Shown: positions 1 to 8,226, counted from the first letter of the stretch. The stretch is 32,000 nt of DNA from Candidatus Brocadia sp. (GCA_021650915.1 CP091279.1:60001-92000); one strand, 5' to 3'. Notes: generated by a model not told the origin, from the letters alone. Numbers and translations are program-made.

Positions 1-310
1 TCCCTGCTCTTTGAAGAGATGAAAGGGATTGAGAACAACAAAGTATCACCTATGTTATCATCCATCCAGTTTCCGGCGTTCCCTGCTCTTTGAAGAGATG
101 AAAGGGATTGAGACGGTTTACCCAGATACAACCTGCACTCTCACCATACCAACCGTTTCGGTTCAATCGTGGACGATTGAACCAGCCTGGACGGGCAGCC
201 CCAACCGCAGTTCCCTGCTCTTGGGAGAAATGAAAGGGATCGAGGCAGAGGTAGGGGCGTATTGCAATACGCTCCTACCAAAGTTTCCGGTTCTTGGGAA
301 GAGTTGAGAC
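1..310 (+). CRISPR. 3' (trailer) end of a CRISPR array; consensus GTTCCCTGCTCTTTGAAGAGATGAAAGGGATTGAGAC (37 nt)
   Basis: Repeat copies: 1-35 (truncated by the window edge), 78-114 (full), 210-246 (degenerate: GTTCCCTGCTCTTGGGAGAAATGAAAGGGATCGAGGC), and a shortened remnant near 287-310 (GGTTCTTGGGAAGAG..TTGAGAC). The first interval is 42 nt; the second is 95 nt. Located beside RT-cas1 and cas2. Confidence 0.88.
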
Positions 311-405
311 CCGCGGGGGGGCTTGGAAATTTCATCTGTTTTCTTGTAACTACGCAGCATACTTTTGCCCACAATCACTACGGATAAACAAAATATTGAT
401 TACAG

Positions 406-562
406 AATCCCGAAGGGATGTCATGATTATAGCCTGTTGTTATGCAAGTATGGTGAACCCTGTAGGGGTGGTATAGTATCGCTATTTTCCCGATATTTCA
501 CCCCTACGGGGCTAAATATGCTGGTGTGCTTTTTTCTATAATCATGACATCCCTTCGGGATT
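406..562. repeat. 157-bp palindromic element with 27-bp perfect terminal inverted repeats (copy 1)
   Basis: Left AATCCCGAAGGGATGTCATGATTATAG (406-432); right CTATAATCATGACATCCCTTCGGGATT (536-562). A second, interrupted copy is at 8573-8940. Confidence 0.85.
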
Positions 563-852
563 TTCCGGTCTTGCAGTTTTCGCTGAATAGTTATGTTCTC
601 CTTTATGTTCCCTGTCCGTTAAAAGATCCGAAACACGTAAAGGGTATTCTGCAGGGAATAGGCAAAAATGAAATAGGGCTGGAATTTCGCCTGGCCTATG
701 GGTATGATAGACCGGATATAGCCTGTGGGGTTGGCATGGGATACAAAAAGACTGTTCCGGCGCTGGGCCTCATGAAAGAGCATGGAGGGGCCTGCTGCCT
801 CTGAAGAGGCAGCATTCTCAACGTCTTCTTTTTTACCGTCAGGAAGTGTGCG

Positions 853-2841
853 GTGGGTGAATATTTTGATGCCTTGTGCGAGCGCTCTGTCATGGATGCC
901 GCATGCCGTCGCGTTATGAAGAAAAAGGCGCGGGGAGGCCTCGACGGGGTAGAAATTGATGATCAGCATACCGACGCAGACAAAATGGTCTCTGCCCTTA
1001 TCAAAGAGCTTCGTACGGGCGCGTATGTGCCGGTGCCGTACGCCAGGGGGGCAATACCGAAATTTGATGAACAGAATCAATGGCGTAAAATCTCATTGCC
1101 TTCGGTGCGGGACAAGGTCGTTCAGCAGGCATTTGTTGAGGCGCTGGGGCCGGTGTTCAACAAAACGTTCCTGGATTGCAGTTATGCCTATCGCGAGGGA
1201 AAAGGTCCCGTCAAGGCCATAAAACGGGTAGAGCACATCCTGCATACGCATCACATCCGGTGGGTGACGACCATGGATATCGACAATTTTTTTGACACCA
1301 TGGATCACGATATTTTCATCGGTGAGTTTACCAAAAAGGTTGCCGAACCGGAGATACTCCAGCTTGTGCGTCTCTGGCTCAAGGCCGGCTGTATCAGCGC
1401 CAGGGGTGACTGGATAGAACCGTATGACGGCATTGCGCAGGGGGCGGTTGTTTCCCCGCTTTTCTCCAATATATACCTTCACCCCCTCGACTGCTTTGCC
1501 ATCGGAAACAACTGCCTCTATGTGCGCTACAGCGACAATCTTATTGTTCTTTCTGAAACAAAAGAGACCTTGTACCTCTGGTACGAACAGCTAAAATCCT
1601 TCCTCGAAGACCGTCTCAGGCTCAGGCTGAACGAAGACCCGTATCCGTTTAAGGACAAAGAACGGGGGTTTGTCTTTTTAGGGATCTTTTTTCAGAACGA
1701 TGTGCGGCAGATAAGCACCGCGAAAGAAACAAACATCTGTCGCAGGATTAACTGGCTCACGGACAAAACGCAGCAAAAAGACCCGGAGATATTCTTGGAG
1801 AAATTCAACAAATGTATCGAAGGGGTGCAGCGATATTATTCCTGTATTGAGCCTCTCAGGCAGTTTGAGATTATTGACCAGCATATCCTGAAGCGTGTTC
1901 GGCCCCTGCTGGATCATTTTTATGAAAGGGGTTGTTTCCCGTCGCGTGACGATCTCAAATCATACATCATGAAGATTCGTTTTCTGGCGACTAAACCGGA
2001 CGATGCACGGCATGCCTTCTGCCGTTCGCTGACGGAAGAGGTCGTGAAAAAGAAAGCGAAGGCAGACGACAAAAATACGGAGGCGAAAACAGCGGCAGAA
2101 GCAGAAAAGGAGAAAGATCAGTCGGGGCTCCAAAAACGGTTTACGGCGCAAAAGAAACGATATTTAAGAAAAGTAGCCGATCATGCAGAACTGATCATTT
2201 CTTCACCGGGGGTTTTTCTCGGAAAGACGGGAGAACGGATTGTTCTCAGAGAGAAGCGGAAGAACATTGCAGAATACCTTTTCTCCAGGATAAAAAATAT
2301 TACGGTAAATACGGCGGGGGTTTCCCTCTCCAGCGATATCATTTTCCGGTGTTCCCGGAGTAAAATTCCCATTACTTTTTATACGCTCAGAGGGATGCCA
2401 TACGCGACGCTGCAAAGTCCTTTACACTCGATGGGCTCAGTTTCTGTATTGCAGATCAGGACGTATGAGACGGAAAAGTCGCTGGTGTTTATTAAAAAGG
2501 TGTTAACCGGCAAGGCGAAAAACCAGATCAATCTCATGAAGTTTTATCTCAGGTCACGAAAAAAGACGCAACCGGAGTTTACCCGGATAACAACAGAAAA
2601 TATTCTCGGGATGAAAAACCTTTTAAAGCAAATGCTGCAATTGGAACATGGCGAGGTGTTCTCGGTTGTCAGGGACCGTATCTTTTCTTTTGAGGGCAGG
2701 ATAAGCGCCCTGTATTGGGAATGCATGAGGCTGCTGGTAGCGCCTGAATTGGGATTTGAAAAGAGGAATCGGTTTCAGGCGCCGGATTTAGTGAATAATA
2801 TGCTGAATTACGGATATGGAATCCTTTATCAAAGGGTGTGA
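853..2841 (+). CDS. cas1: Reverse transcriptase-Cas1 fusion, N-terminal 662 aa (RT domain, charged linker, Cas1 through the catalytic-Glu helix), ending at an in-frame UGA
   Basis: RT motifs: IPKFDEQNQWRKISLPSVRDKVVQQA, VTTMDIDNFFDTMDHD (motif A), GIAQGAVVSPLFSNIYL (motif B), YVRYSDNLIVL (motif C). Cas1 motifs: GVFLGKTGERIVLREK, FEGRISALYWE, NNMLNYGYGILYQRV. GTG start preceded by AGGAAG at 841-846. Confidence 0.9.
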   Translation: MGEYFDALCERSVMDAACRRVMKKKARGGLDGVEIDDQHTDADKMVSALIKELRTGAYVPVPYARGAIPKFDEQNQWRKISLPSVRDKVVQQAFVEALGPVFNKTFLDCSYAYREGKGPVKAIKRVEHILHTHHIRWVTTMDIDNFFDTMDHDIFIGEFTKKVAEPEILQLVRLWLKAGCISARGDWIEPYDGIAQGAVVSPLFSNIYLHPLDCFAIGNNCLYVRYSDNLIVLSETKETLYLWYEQLKSFLEDRLRLRLNEDPYPFKDKERGFVFLGIFFQNDVRQISTAKETNICRRINWLTDKTQQKDPEIFLEKFNKCIEGVQRYYSCIEPLRQFEIIDQHILKRVRPLLDHFYERGCFPSRDDLKSYIMKIRFLATKPDDARHAFCRSLTEEVVKKKAKADDKNTEAKTAAEAEKEKDQSGLQKRFTAQKKRYLRKVADHAELIISSPGVFLGKTGERIVLREKRKNIAEYLFSRIKNITVNTAGVSLSSDIIFRCSRSKIPITFYTLRGMPYATLQSPLHSMGSVSVLQIRTYETEKSLVFIKKVLTGKAKNQINLMKFYLRSRKKTQPEFTRITTENILGMKNLLKQMLQLEHGEVFSVVRDRIFSFEGRISALYWECMRLLVAPELGFEKRNRFQAPDLVNNMLNYGYGILYQRV

Positions 2842-3207
2842 CTGGCAATTCTGAATACAGGAATGAACCCCCACATCAGTTTTCTCCATGCTTTTCAGCC
2901 AAACAAGCCGACTTTGGTGTATGATCTGGTGGAAGAGTACCGCCAGCCGCTGGTTGACCGCCCGGTTTTCAGCCTGTTAACACGGGGCAAAAAAGGAAGT
3001 GATTTGAAACTGGATCAGCAGACCGGCATGCTGAGCAAGGAAACCAGGGAAAAGGTGGTCAAGGCAGTCCTGAAACGATTTTCAGATCTCATTTCTTTTC
3101 GCGGTGAAAAAGTTAAATATGAGGATGTGATCCCGCTTCAGGCAAGAAAGGTGGTGGCCTTCCTGGAAGAAAAGGATTCGTATCTTCCGTTCATTGCGGG
3201 ATATTAG
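2842..3207 (+). CDS. cas1: Same-frame continuation of Cas1 (C-terminal portion with the catalytic His and Asp); first ATG at 2863
   Basis: LAILNTGMNPHISFLHAFQPNKPTLVYDLVEEYRQPLVDRPVFS continues the canonical Cas1 sequence in the same frame (frame 1) directly after TGA 2839-2841, to a stop at 3207. Confidence 0.85.
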   Translation: MAILNTGMNPHISFLHAFQPNKPTLVYDLVEEYRQPLVDRPVFSLLTRGKKGSDLKLDQQTGMLSKETREKVVKAVLKRFSDLISFRGEKVKYEDVIPLQARKVVAFLEEKDSYLPFIAGY

Positions 3208-3294
3208 GGTATTTCGTGGTCCTGTTTCTGTCCATCGTTTCGGCAAGGCCGTTTTTTGGGAACCTGGAAGGGGTGGCATCGAGAAGGATAAAAA

Positions 3295-3570
3295 ATGTAT
3301 ATGGTAATAGCATATGATATCACGTCTGACCGCAGGCGCAGTAAACTCGTAAAGGTGTTGAAAGATTATGGCACAAGGGTAAATTACAGCGTTTTTGAGT
3401 GTGAAATGGGAAAAGAAGCCCTGGTTGAATTGAAAAAAAAGATCACTGAAATAGTAAACAAAAAAAGAGACAGCGTCCTCTTTTATGAATTGTGCAAAGG
3501 GTGCAGGGGAAAAATGGATTCTATCGGAATGAAAGGGTCAGATGAATCTCACGGCATCATTACTATTTAG
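3295..3570 (+). CDS. cas2: CRISPR-associated endonuclease Cas2
   Basis: 91 aa, MYMVIAYDITSDRRRSKLVKVLKDYGTRVNYSVFECEM: Cas2 ferredoxin-like N-terminus with the conserved Asp; 88 nt after the Cas1 stop. Confidence 0.9.
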   Translation: MYMVIAYDITSDRRRSKLVKVLKDYGTRVNYSVFECEMGKEALVELKKKITEIVNKKRDSVLFYELCKGCRGKMDSIGMKGSDESHGIITI

Positions 3571-3661
3571 TCGATGGTGAAGGGAGGCTGTCGATCCCTT
3601 TCGGCAAGCTGGTTTTCAGGGTGCACGGACAAACTTTATCTGTCCGTGTTCACAGGATAAA

Positions 3662-4846
3662 CTAGCCGTGGTTCCCCGTATTTTCACGGGTTAATAGTCC
3701 AATGCATTGCAGCAGGTTCATCAGCCGCCTGATATCATCCTCGCTGTGGGTGGCCATGAGGGATATCCGTAACCGGCTTGTGTTGGGCGGTACCGTCGGT
3801 GGCCGGATTGCAGGGATTAAGATGCCATTTTCGTAGAGTTTGGCCGATAGTTTGGCGGCGTCCTCTGCCGATCCAACAATGAGAGGAATGATGGGGCTTT
3901 CTACTGCGGGGGTATTTGCGAATTTCGATAACCGGGACTTTACCTCGTGAATATTCTTCCATAACCCGTCAATGAGTGACGCATCGTCCCGGATAAGGGT
4001 TAGCCCTGCCAGTGAGGCAGCGCAGACGGCTGGCGGCAGCGCCGTGGTGTAGATAAAGGGGCGGGCCTTGTTTTTTAAAAATGCAATGAGAGGCTTACTC
4101 CCTGCAATAAATCCGCCGATGCTGCCAATCGCCTTGCTCAACGACCCCATAACAACATCGATTTTTCCTTCAAGCCCGCAGTGTTCAATAAAACCTTTCC
4201 CCTGTTTCCCAAACACCCCGGTTGCGTGGGCGTCGTCCACCATGAGCATGGCATCGTATCTCCTGGCAATGTCCGCAGTCTCCGGCAAGGAGGCCGTGTC
4301 GCCATCCATACTAAACACGCTGTCGGTAACGACCAGCTTTCTCCGATACCCTGAAGATCTTTGTAACAATGACGCTAGTTGGCTGACATCCTTGTGCGGA
4401 TAGATACGGAACGTGGCGCCGGAGAGGCGGCAGCCGTCAATGATGCTGGCATGGTTCAGTTTGTCGCCGATGACAATATCTCCTTTTGAGACAAGGGCGC
4501 AGAGGGCGCCCAGGTTCGCCATGTAACCCGTTGGAAATAAGATGGACTCCTCTGTTCCTTTAAATGCTGCAATGGTTTTTTCCAGTTCCTGGTGAAGGGT
4601 CATATTCCCGGAAACCAGCCGCGATGCGCCCGTACCCCATCCGTATTGCCGGATAGCCTCAATGGACGCCTGTTTTACCTTTGGATGGTTGGCGAGTCCG
4701 AGGTAGTTGTTTGAGCAAAACGACAGATACGATCTGCCGTTTATCTGAACACAGGAATCCTGCGCGCCTTCAATCGTTTTGTAATCACGGAGCAAGGCGC
4801 GATTTTGTAATTCCTCTAACTCGCACAAAATAAAATCTTTTTCCAT
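3662..4846 (-). CDS. bioF: 8-amino-7-oxononanoate synthase / alpha-oxoamine synthase
   Basis: 394 aa; YLSFCSNNYLGLANHPKV, PTGYMANLGALCAL, LMVDDAHATGVFGKQGKG, VMGSLSKAIGSIGGFIAG; next to bioB. Confidence 0.88.
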   Translation of the reverse strand: MEKDFILCELEELQNRALLRDYKTIEGAQDSCVQINGRSYLSFCSNNYLGLANHPKVKQASIEAIRQYGWGTGASRLVSGNMTLHQELEKTIAAFKGTEESILFPTGYMANLGALCALVSKGDIVIGDKLNHASIIDGCRLSGATFRIYPHKDVSQLASLLQRSSGYRRKLVVTDSVFSMDGDTASLPETADIARRYDAMLMVDDAHATGVFGKQGKGFIEHCGLEGKIDVVMGSLSKAIGSIGGFIAGSKPLIAFLKNKARPFIYTTALPPAVCAASLAGLTLIRDDASLIDGLWKNIHEVKSRLSKFANTPAVESPIIPLIVGSAEDAAKLSAKLYENGILIPAIRPPTVPPNTSRLRISLMATHSEDDIRRLMNLLQCIGLLTRENTGNHG

Positions 4847-4948
4847 GGTATGAACGTTTTCTTGGTTTTTTTCATGCTCTTATAGGTTTTATCGTCATTC
4901 AGCCTGCATGAGAGGGGCACACGCAACTGACCCGGAAGGTAAACACCA

Positions 4949-5938
4949 TCAGCCCTGATTGCCTGCCAATTGTAATCCCAGGTCTTTGATCATTTGAAAG
5001 TCGTCTTCAACCTTTCTCCCCGTCGTCGTCAGGTAGTTTCCCATCATCGTGCTGTTGGCGCCTGCGTAAAACATCCATGACTGTAAGTCCCTCAGATTCT
5101 TTTCACGGCCACCGGCAATCTTGATTTCTTTGTCAGGCAAAATAAAACGAAAGACGGCGATAATTTTGAGCGCTTCCATGGGCGTCAAAGGAATAGCGTT
5201 CGCCAGGGGTGTTCCGGATACGGGATGTAAAAAATTGAGGGGAACGACGTCCACCTCCAGGCTTTTCAGGGTAAACGCGAGGTCAATGCGATCCTCCCTG
5301 CTCTCTCCCAGTCCAAATATTGCGCCGCTGCAGATTTCTAATCCGGCCTCCTTTGCATACCGAATGGTGTTTACCCGGTCATGAAAGGTATGGGTTGAAC
5401 AAATCCCTGGGAAAAACCTTTCAGACGTCTCCAGGTTGTGGTTGAGCCGTTTTAAGCCGGATTTTACCAAAGATTCTGCCGTTTCTTTTGTCAATGTCCC
5501 GAAGGAGCCGTGGGGCTGGATATGGGAATGCTTTGCCACTTCTTCAATTGCGGCGCAGATACTCCTGAGATCGCGGGCGTTCTTTATTCCATACCCGCTG
5601 GTGACGATGCCGAGGGAGGAAGCTCCGGTCTGTTCGGCGCATTGGGCAACGTCGAGTATTTTGCTGGCGTCAACGAGCGGGAATTCTTCTACTCCGGTGT
5701 GATAACGGGCAGACTGGGAACAAAAACTGCAATCCTCAGTGCATTGCCCTTGTTTGGCGCTGACGATAGAGCACGCCTTCACGGAATGGCCAAAATACCG
5801 CAACCGTATCTGATTAGCCCAATAGAACAGGTCATGGATTTCGTCTCCTTCCCTGTGTATGATAAAAAGGGCGTCTTCCCGGCTGATGGGCTTGTTTTGC
5901 AGGGATTGGTTTGCAATATTTTTTATTGTATCGTTCAT
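4949..5938 (-). CDS. bioB: Biotin synthase (radical SAM)
   Basis: CSFCSQSARYHTG radical-SAM cysteine motif (preceded by QGQCTED), SSLGIVTSGYG, NHNLETSERFFPGICSTHTF, AGANSTMMGNYLTTTGR. The ORF runs to 6061 but the likely start is MNDTIKN at 5938. Confidence 0.93.
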   Translation of the reverse strand: MNDTIKNIANQSLQNKPISREDALFIIHREGDEIHDLFYWANQIRLRYFGHSVKACSIVSAKQGQCTEDCSFCSQSARYHTGVEEFPLVDASKILDVAQCAEQTGASSLGIVTSGYGIKNARDLRSICAAIEEVAKHSHIQPHGSFGTLTKETAESLVKSGLKRLNHNLETSERFFPGICSTHTFHDRVNTIRYAKEAGLEICSGAIFGLGESREDRIDLAFTLKSLEVDVVPLNFLHPVSGTPLANAIPLTPMEALKIIAVFRFILPDKEIKIAGGREKNLRDLQSWMFYAGANSTMMGNYLTTTGRKVEDDFQMIKDLGLQLAGNQG

Positions 5939-6033
5939 TGCCAGGGATCGTGAGCCACGAATGGACGGATATGCCCGTGAATACGGGAAAACATTTCCTT
6001 TGTCCCGCGGTTGCTGATGAAAACAGATAGGGA

Positions 6034-6149
6034 GCATTCCCGATTTTTTGTGAACCCGCAATTTGAAGGAGTAGCGCAGGCATCCTGCCTGCGCTACCGT
6101 ATTCCTCGGCCGTTTTTTGCCTTCCGGGTTTACAAAAAATCGGGAATGC
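6034..6149. repeat. Nested palindromic element between bioB and the downstream gene
   Basis: Outer arms GCATTCCCGATTTTTTGTGAACCCG (6034-6058) / CGGGTTTACAAAAAATCGGGAATGC (6125-6149), 24/25 complementary; inner arms GTAGCGCAGGCA-TCC-TGCCTGCGCTAC (6071-6097), perfect. Confidence 0.85.
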
Positions 6150-6170
6150 CCCCAACAGATAGCCCGATGG

Positions 6171-7196
6171 TTATTTGTTCTTATATTTCAGATAGGAGCT
6201 GCGGACATGCTGCCAAACGATGTCAGGGCGGTCAGACCGGACGTACGTCATACAATCGGCGCCTTCAAAGCTCCATGTGGCGATATTATGAACTCCTGAT
6301 TCATAAGCTACGTCTATAGCGGTGGCAATCTCCTCTTCTCTCTGTGCAGGCACCCGGTAACCCTGTATCCATATCTGCGGCTCCTTTGCATATTTTTTTG
6401 AAAGGTCATGCACCTCGTGGGATACCGACCGCACAAACTCCGTAACGTCCCGTTTATAGGCGTACCAATAGGGGTCGCTTCCAAAGACGTCCATGCTCTT
6501 GATCATGGCAACCTTTTCCCAGTCGTAAACGCCATATCGCGGATCAGTCGTCGGGAACAAGCACACCGCATTTTTTAGCCCTTTTTTTGAGGCCAGGCTT
6601 GCAAGGTATTCGAGGAAATTGACAATGGTCGCCTGGCGGAATGCCTTGACATCGTCAGTAAAATCCACGGGCATCTCATACTGGAGCTGTTGTTTAAAAA
6701 TATCCGCACAGACACCACAGGCGCATCCCCAAATGTCCCTCTTCCTGCCGCCAAATAAGGGAGTAAACTCCCCAAAAAAGAGATGTGGCTCATCCCAAAA
6801 AACGCCTTCCGCGCCTGTCTTTGCGGCGAGTTCAATCCATGCTGCCATGGTGTCGCGGAACGTTTTTGAATTCAGGCATGCCTTGTATACCTTTATTTCA
6901 CCCTCGGTAAAATTTAATTGTTGCCTGCAATGGGGATACGTCTTCACAAAGGTGGAAAATGATTCCCCTCCAAATACGCGCCCAAAGCCCCAGGGATCGA
7001 GGAAAACTTCCAGCCCAGCCTCCTGGCTTGCCTTTACAATATCGGCCATCGTTCCCGCATGGTAGGCAATATCGTGTTCACTCATGGTGTGAACGACAAA
7101 ATTACACCCATCGTCGACCATCTTTTTCATGTCTTCCCGGACGTGGCGCAATATCCTGCTCCCAAAATAACTTGCTCCCAGTTTCATGTTTTTCAT
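6171..7196 (-). CDS. Conserved hypothetical protein, possibly TIM-barrel/glycosidase-like
   Basis: About 341 aa from MKNMKLGASYFGSR (ORF extends to 7265); EGVFWDEPHLFF, GLEVFLDPWGFGRVFGGE, QIWIQGYRVPAQREEEI. Function inferred only from the general appearance of the sequence. Confidence 0.6.
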   Translation of the reverse strand: MKNMKLGASYFGSRILRHVREDMKKMVDDGCNFVVHTMSEHDIAYHAGTMADIVKASQEAGLEVFLDPWGFGRVFGGESFSTFVKTYPHCRQQLNFTEGEIKVYKACLNSKTFRDTMAAWIELAAKTGAEGVFWDEPHLFFGEFTPLFGGRKRDIWGCACGVCADIFKQQLQYEMPVDFTDDVKAFRQATIVNFLEYLASLASKKGLKNAVCLFPTTDPRYGVYDWEKVAMIKSMDVFGSDPYWYAYKRDVTEFVRSVSHEVHDLSKKYAKEPQIWIQGYRVPAQREEEIATAIDVAYESGVHNIATWSFEGADCMTYVRSDRPDIVWQHVRSSYLKYKNK

Positions 7197-7614
7197 GTTA
7201 TCCGGAGAAGGGCCCGGTGTCAAGAAAATCCACAGGAAAGGCAGGACTGCGTCAGGGATAAGCAATCATGAACAAGGCAGTACAAGACGATTGTAAGCAT
7301 AGAGAAGCAAGGCCTGGTAAACGGAAAGAACGGCCTGATAATAGCTATGGGTTGCTTCTTGCATCAACGTACAGTTTTTCACGCGCCTTCTGCTTAAGCC
7401 TTGTGCGGGATTCGGGTATAGAATTGCTTTTTCGTTGCATCACCGCTAAAATTGAAAAGACCGGCCACAAGCGACCTCGCCGTGCGCCCGGTCGAATGAT
7501 CGGCAGTGTCTTTTTCAAAAAGTTCAGTTGTTACCAATGGCTTGGGATCTAAGAAAAAATATTTTGGTAGAGGAGACATAACCCTGACAGGGTTGACTCG
7601 CTTTTCCGATTCGT

Positions 7615-8226
7615 TTGGGTTGGGTTGAACATACGGAGGGGGGATATCACGTGACAGCGATTATTCTGGCGGGGGGAAAAAGCCGGAGGATGGGTTTTAA
7701 TAAGGCGCTTCTTTCGTATGACAAGAAGACGTTCATCGAGCATCAGATTGCCCGACTGAAAACCATCTTTGACGAAATCATCATTTCTGCTAATGATGCC
7801 GCCGTCTATGCCCATCTGAATTTGCCCATTGTGTCCGATATCATGCCTGAAAAAGGGCCGCTCAGCGGTATCTGTGCCGGATTGATCCGCTCTTCAAGCC
7901 ACCACGCCTTTGTGGTCGCCTGTGATATGCCCTTTGTGCAAGAAAAGGCAATTCTCTGCCTCAGGGAACATATCGGCGACTACGATGTCGTTGTGCCACA
8001 GACCAGCCGCGGGCTGGAACCCCTCCATGCCTTTTACTCCCGAAATTGCATTCAGCCGATCCGCCAATGCCTTGATGAGGGGAAATTGCGTATCATCGAT
8101 TTTTTTCCCATGGTGAAGGCAAGGATCATTCATGAGCAGGAATGGAAAGAACTCGACGGGTCCACGTTGTCCGTAACAAACCTGAATACCCCCGAAGAAT
8201 ACCAGAAATACTTCGGTCATACCTGA
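7615..8226 (+). CDS. mobA: Molybdenum cofactor guanylyltransferase
   Basis: TAIILAGGKSRRMGFNKALL and VVACDMPFV; true start may be GTG near 7651. Ends with TGA. Confidence 0.85.
   Translation: MGWVEHTEGGYHVTAIILAGGKSRRMGFNKALLSYDKKTFIEHQIARLKTIFDEIIISANDAAVYAHLNLPIVSDIMPEKGPLSGICAGLIRSSSHHAFVVACDMPFVQEKAILCLREHIGDYDVVVPQTSRGLEPLHAFYSRNCIQPIRQCLDEGKLRIIDFFPMVKARIIHEQEWKELDGSTLSVTNLNTPEEYQKYFGHT

Noticed and set aside
29-374. Short ORFs across the CRISPR repeats
   Set aside because: Translations of CRISPR repeats (SLLFEEMKGIE) rather than genes.
526-804. 92-aa ORF in frame with RT-Cas1, considered as a Cas6-like N-terminal domain of a Cas6-RT-Cas1 fusion
   Set aside because: No Cas6 glycine-rich loop or other recognisable motif, it begins inside a palindromic repeat, and the GTG start at 853 has its own Shine-Dalgarno-like sequence.
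619-1080. 153-aa minus-strand ORF
   Set aside because: Overlaps the start of RT-cas1 on the opposite strand; no protein-family features.
2839-2841. Genome-wide reassignment of UGA to a sense codon
   Set aside because: Other genes in the window, such as mobA (TGA at 8224-8226), end properly at UGA, so the codon is a normal stop here.
2839-2841. Selenocysteine insertion at the Cas1 UGA
   Set aside because: The position is not a known Cys/Sec site in Cas1, and I could not identify a convincing bacterial SECIS hairpin just downstream; not formally excluded.
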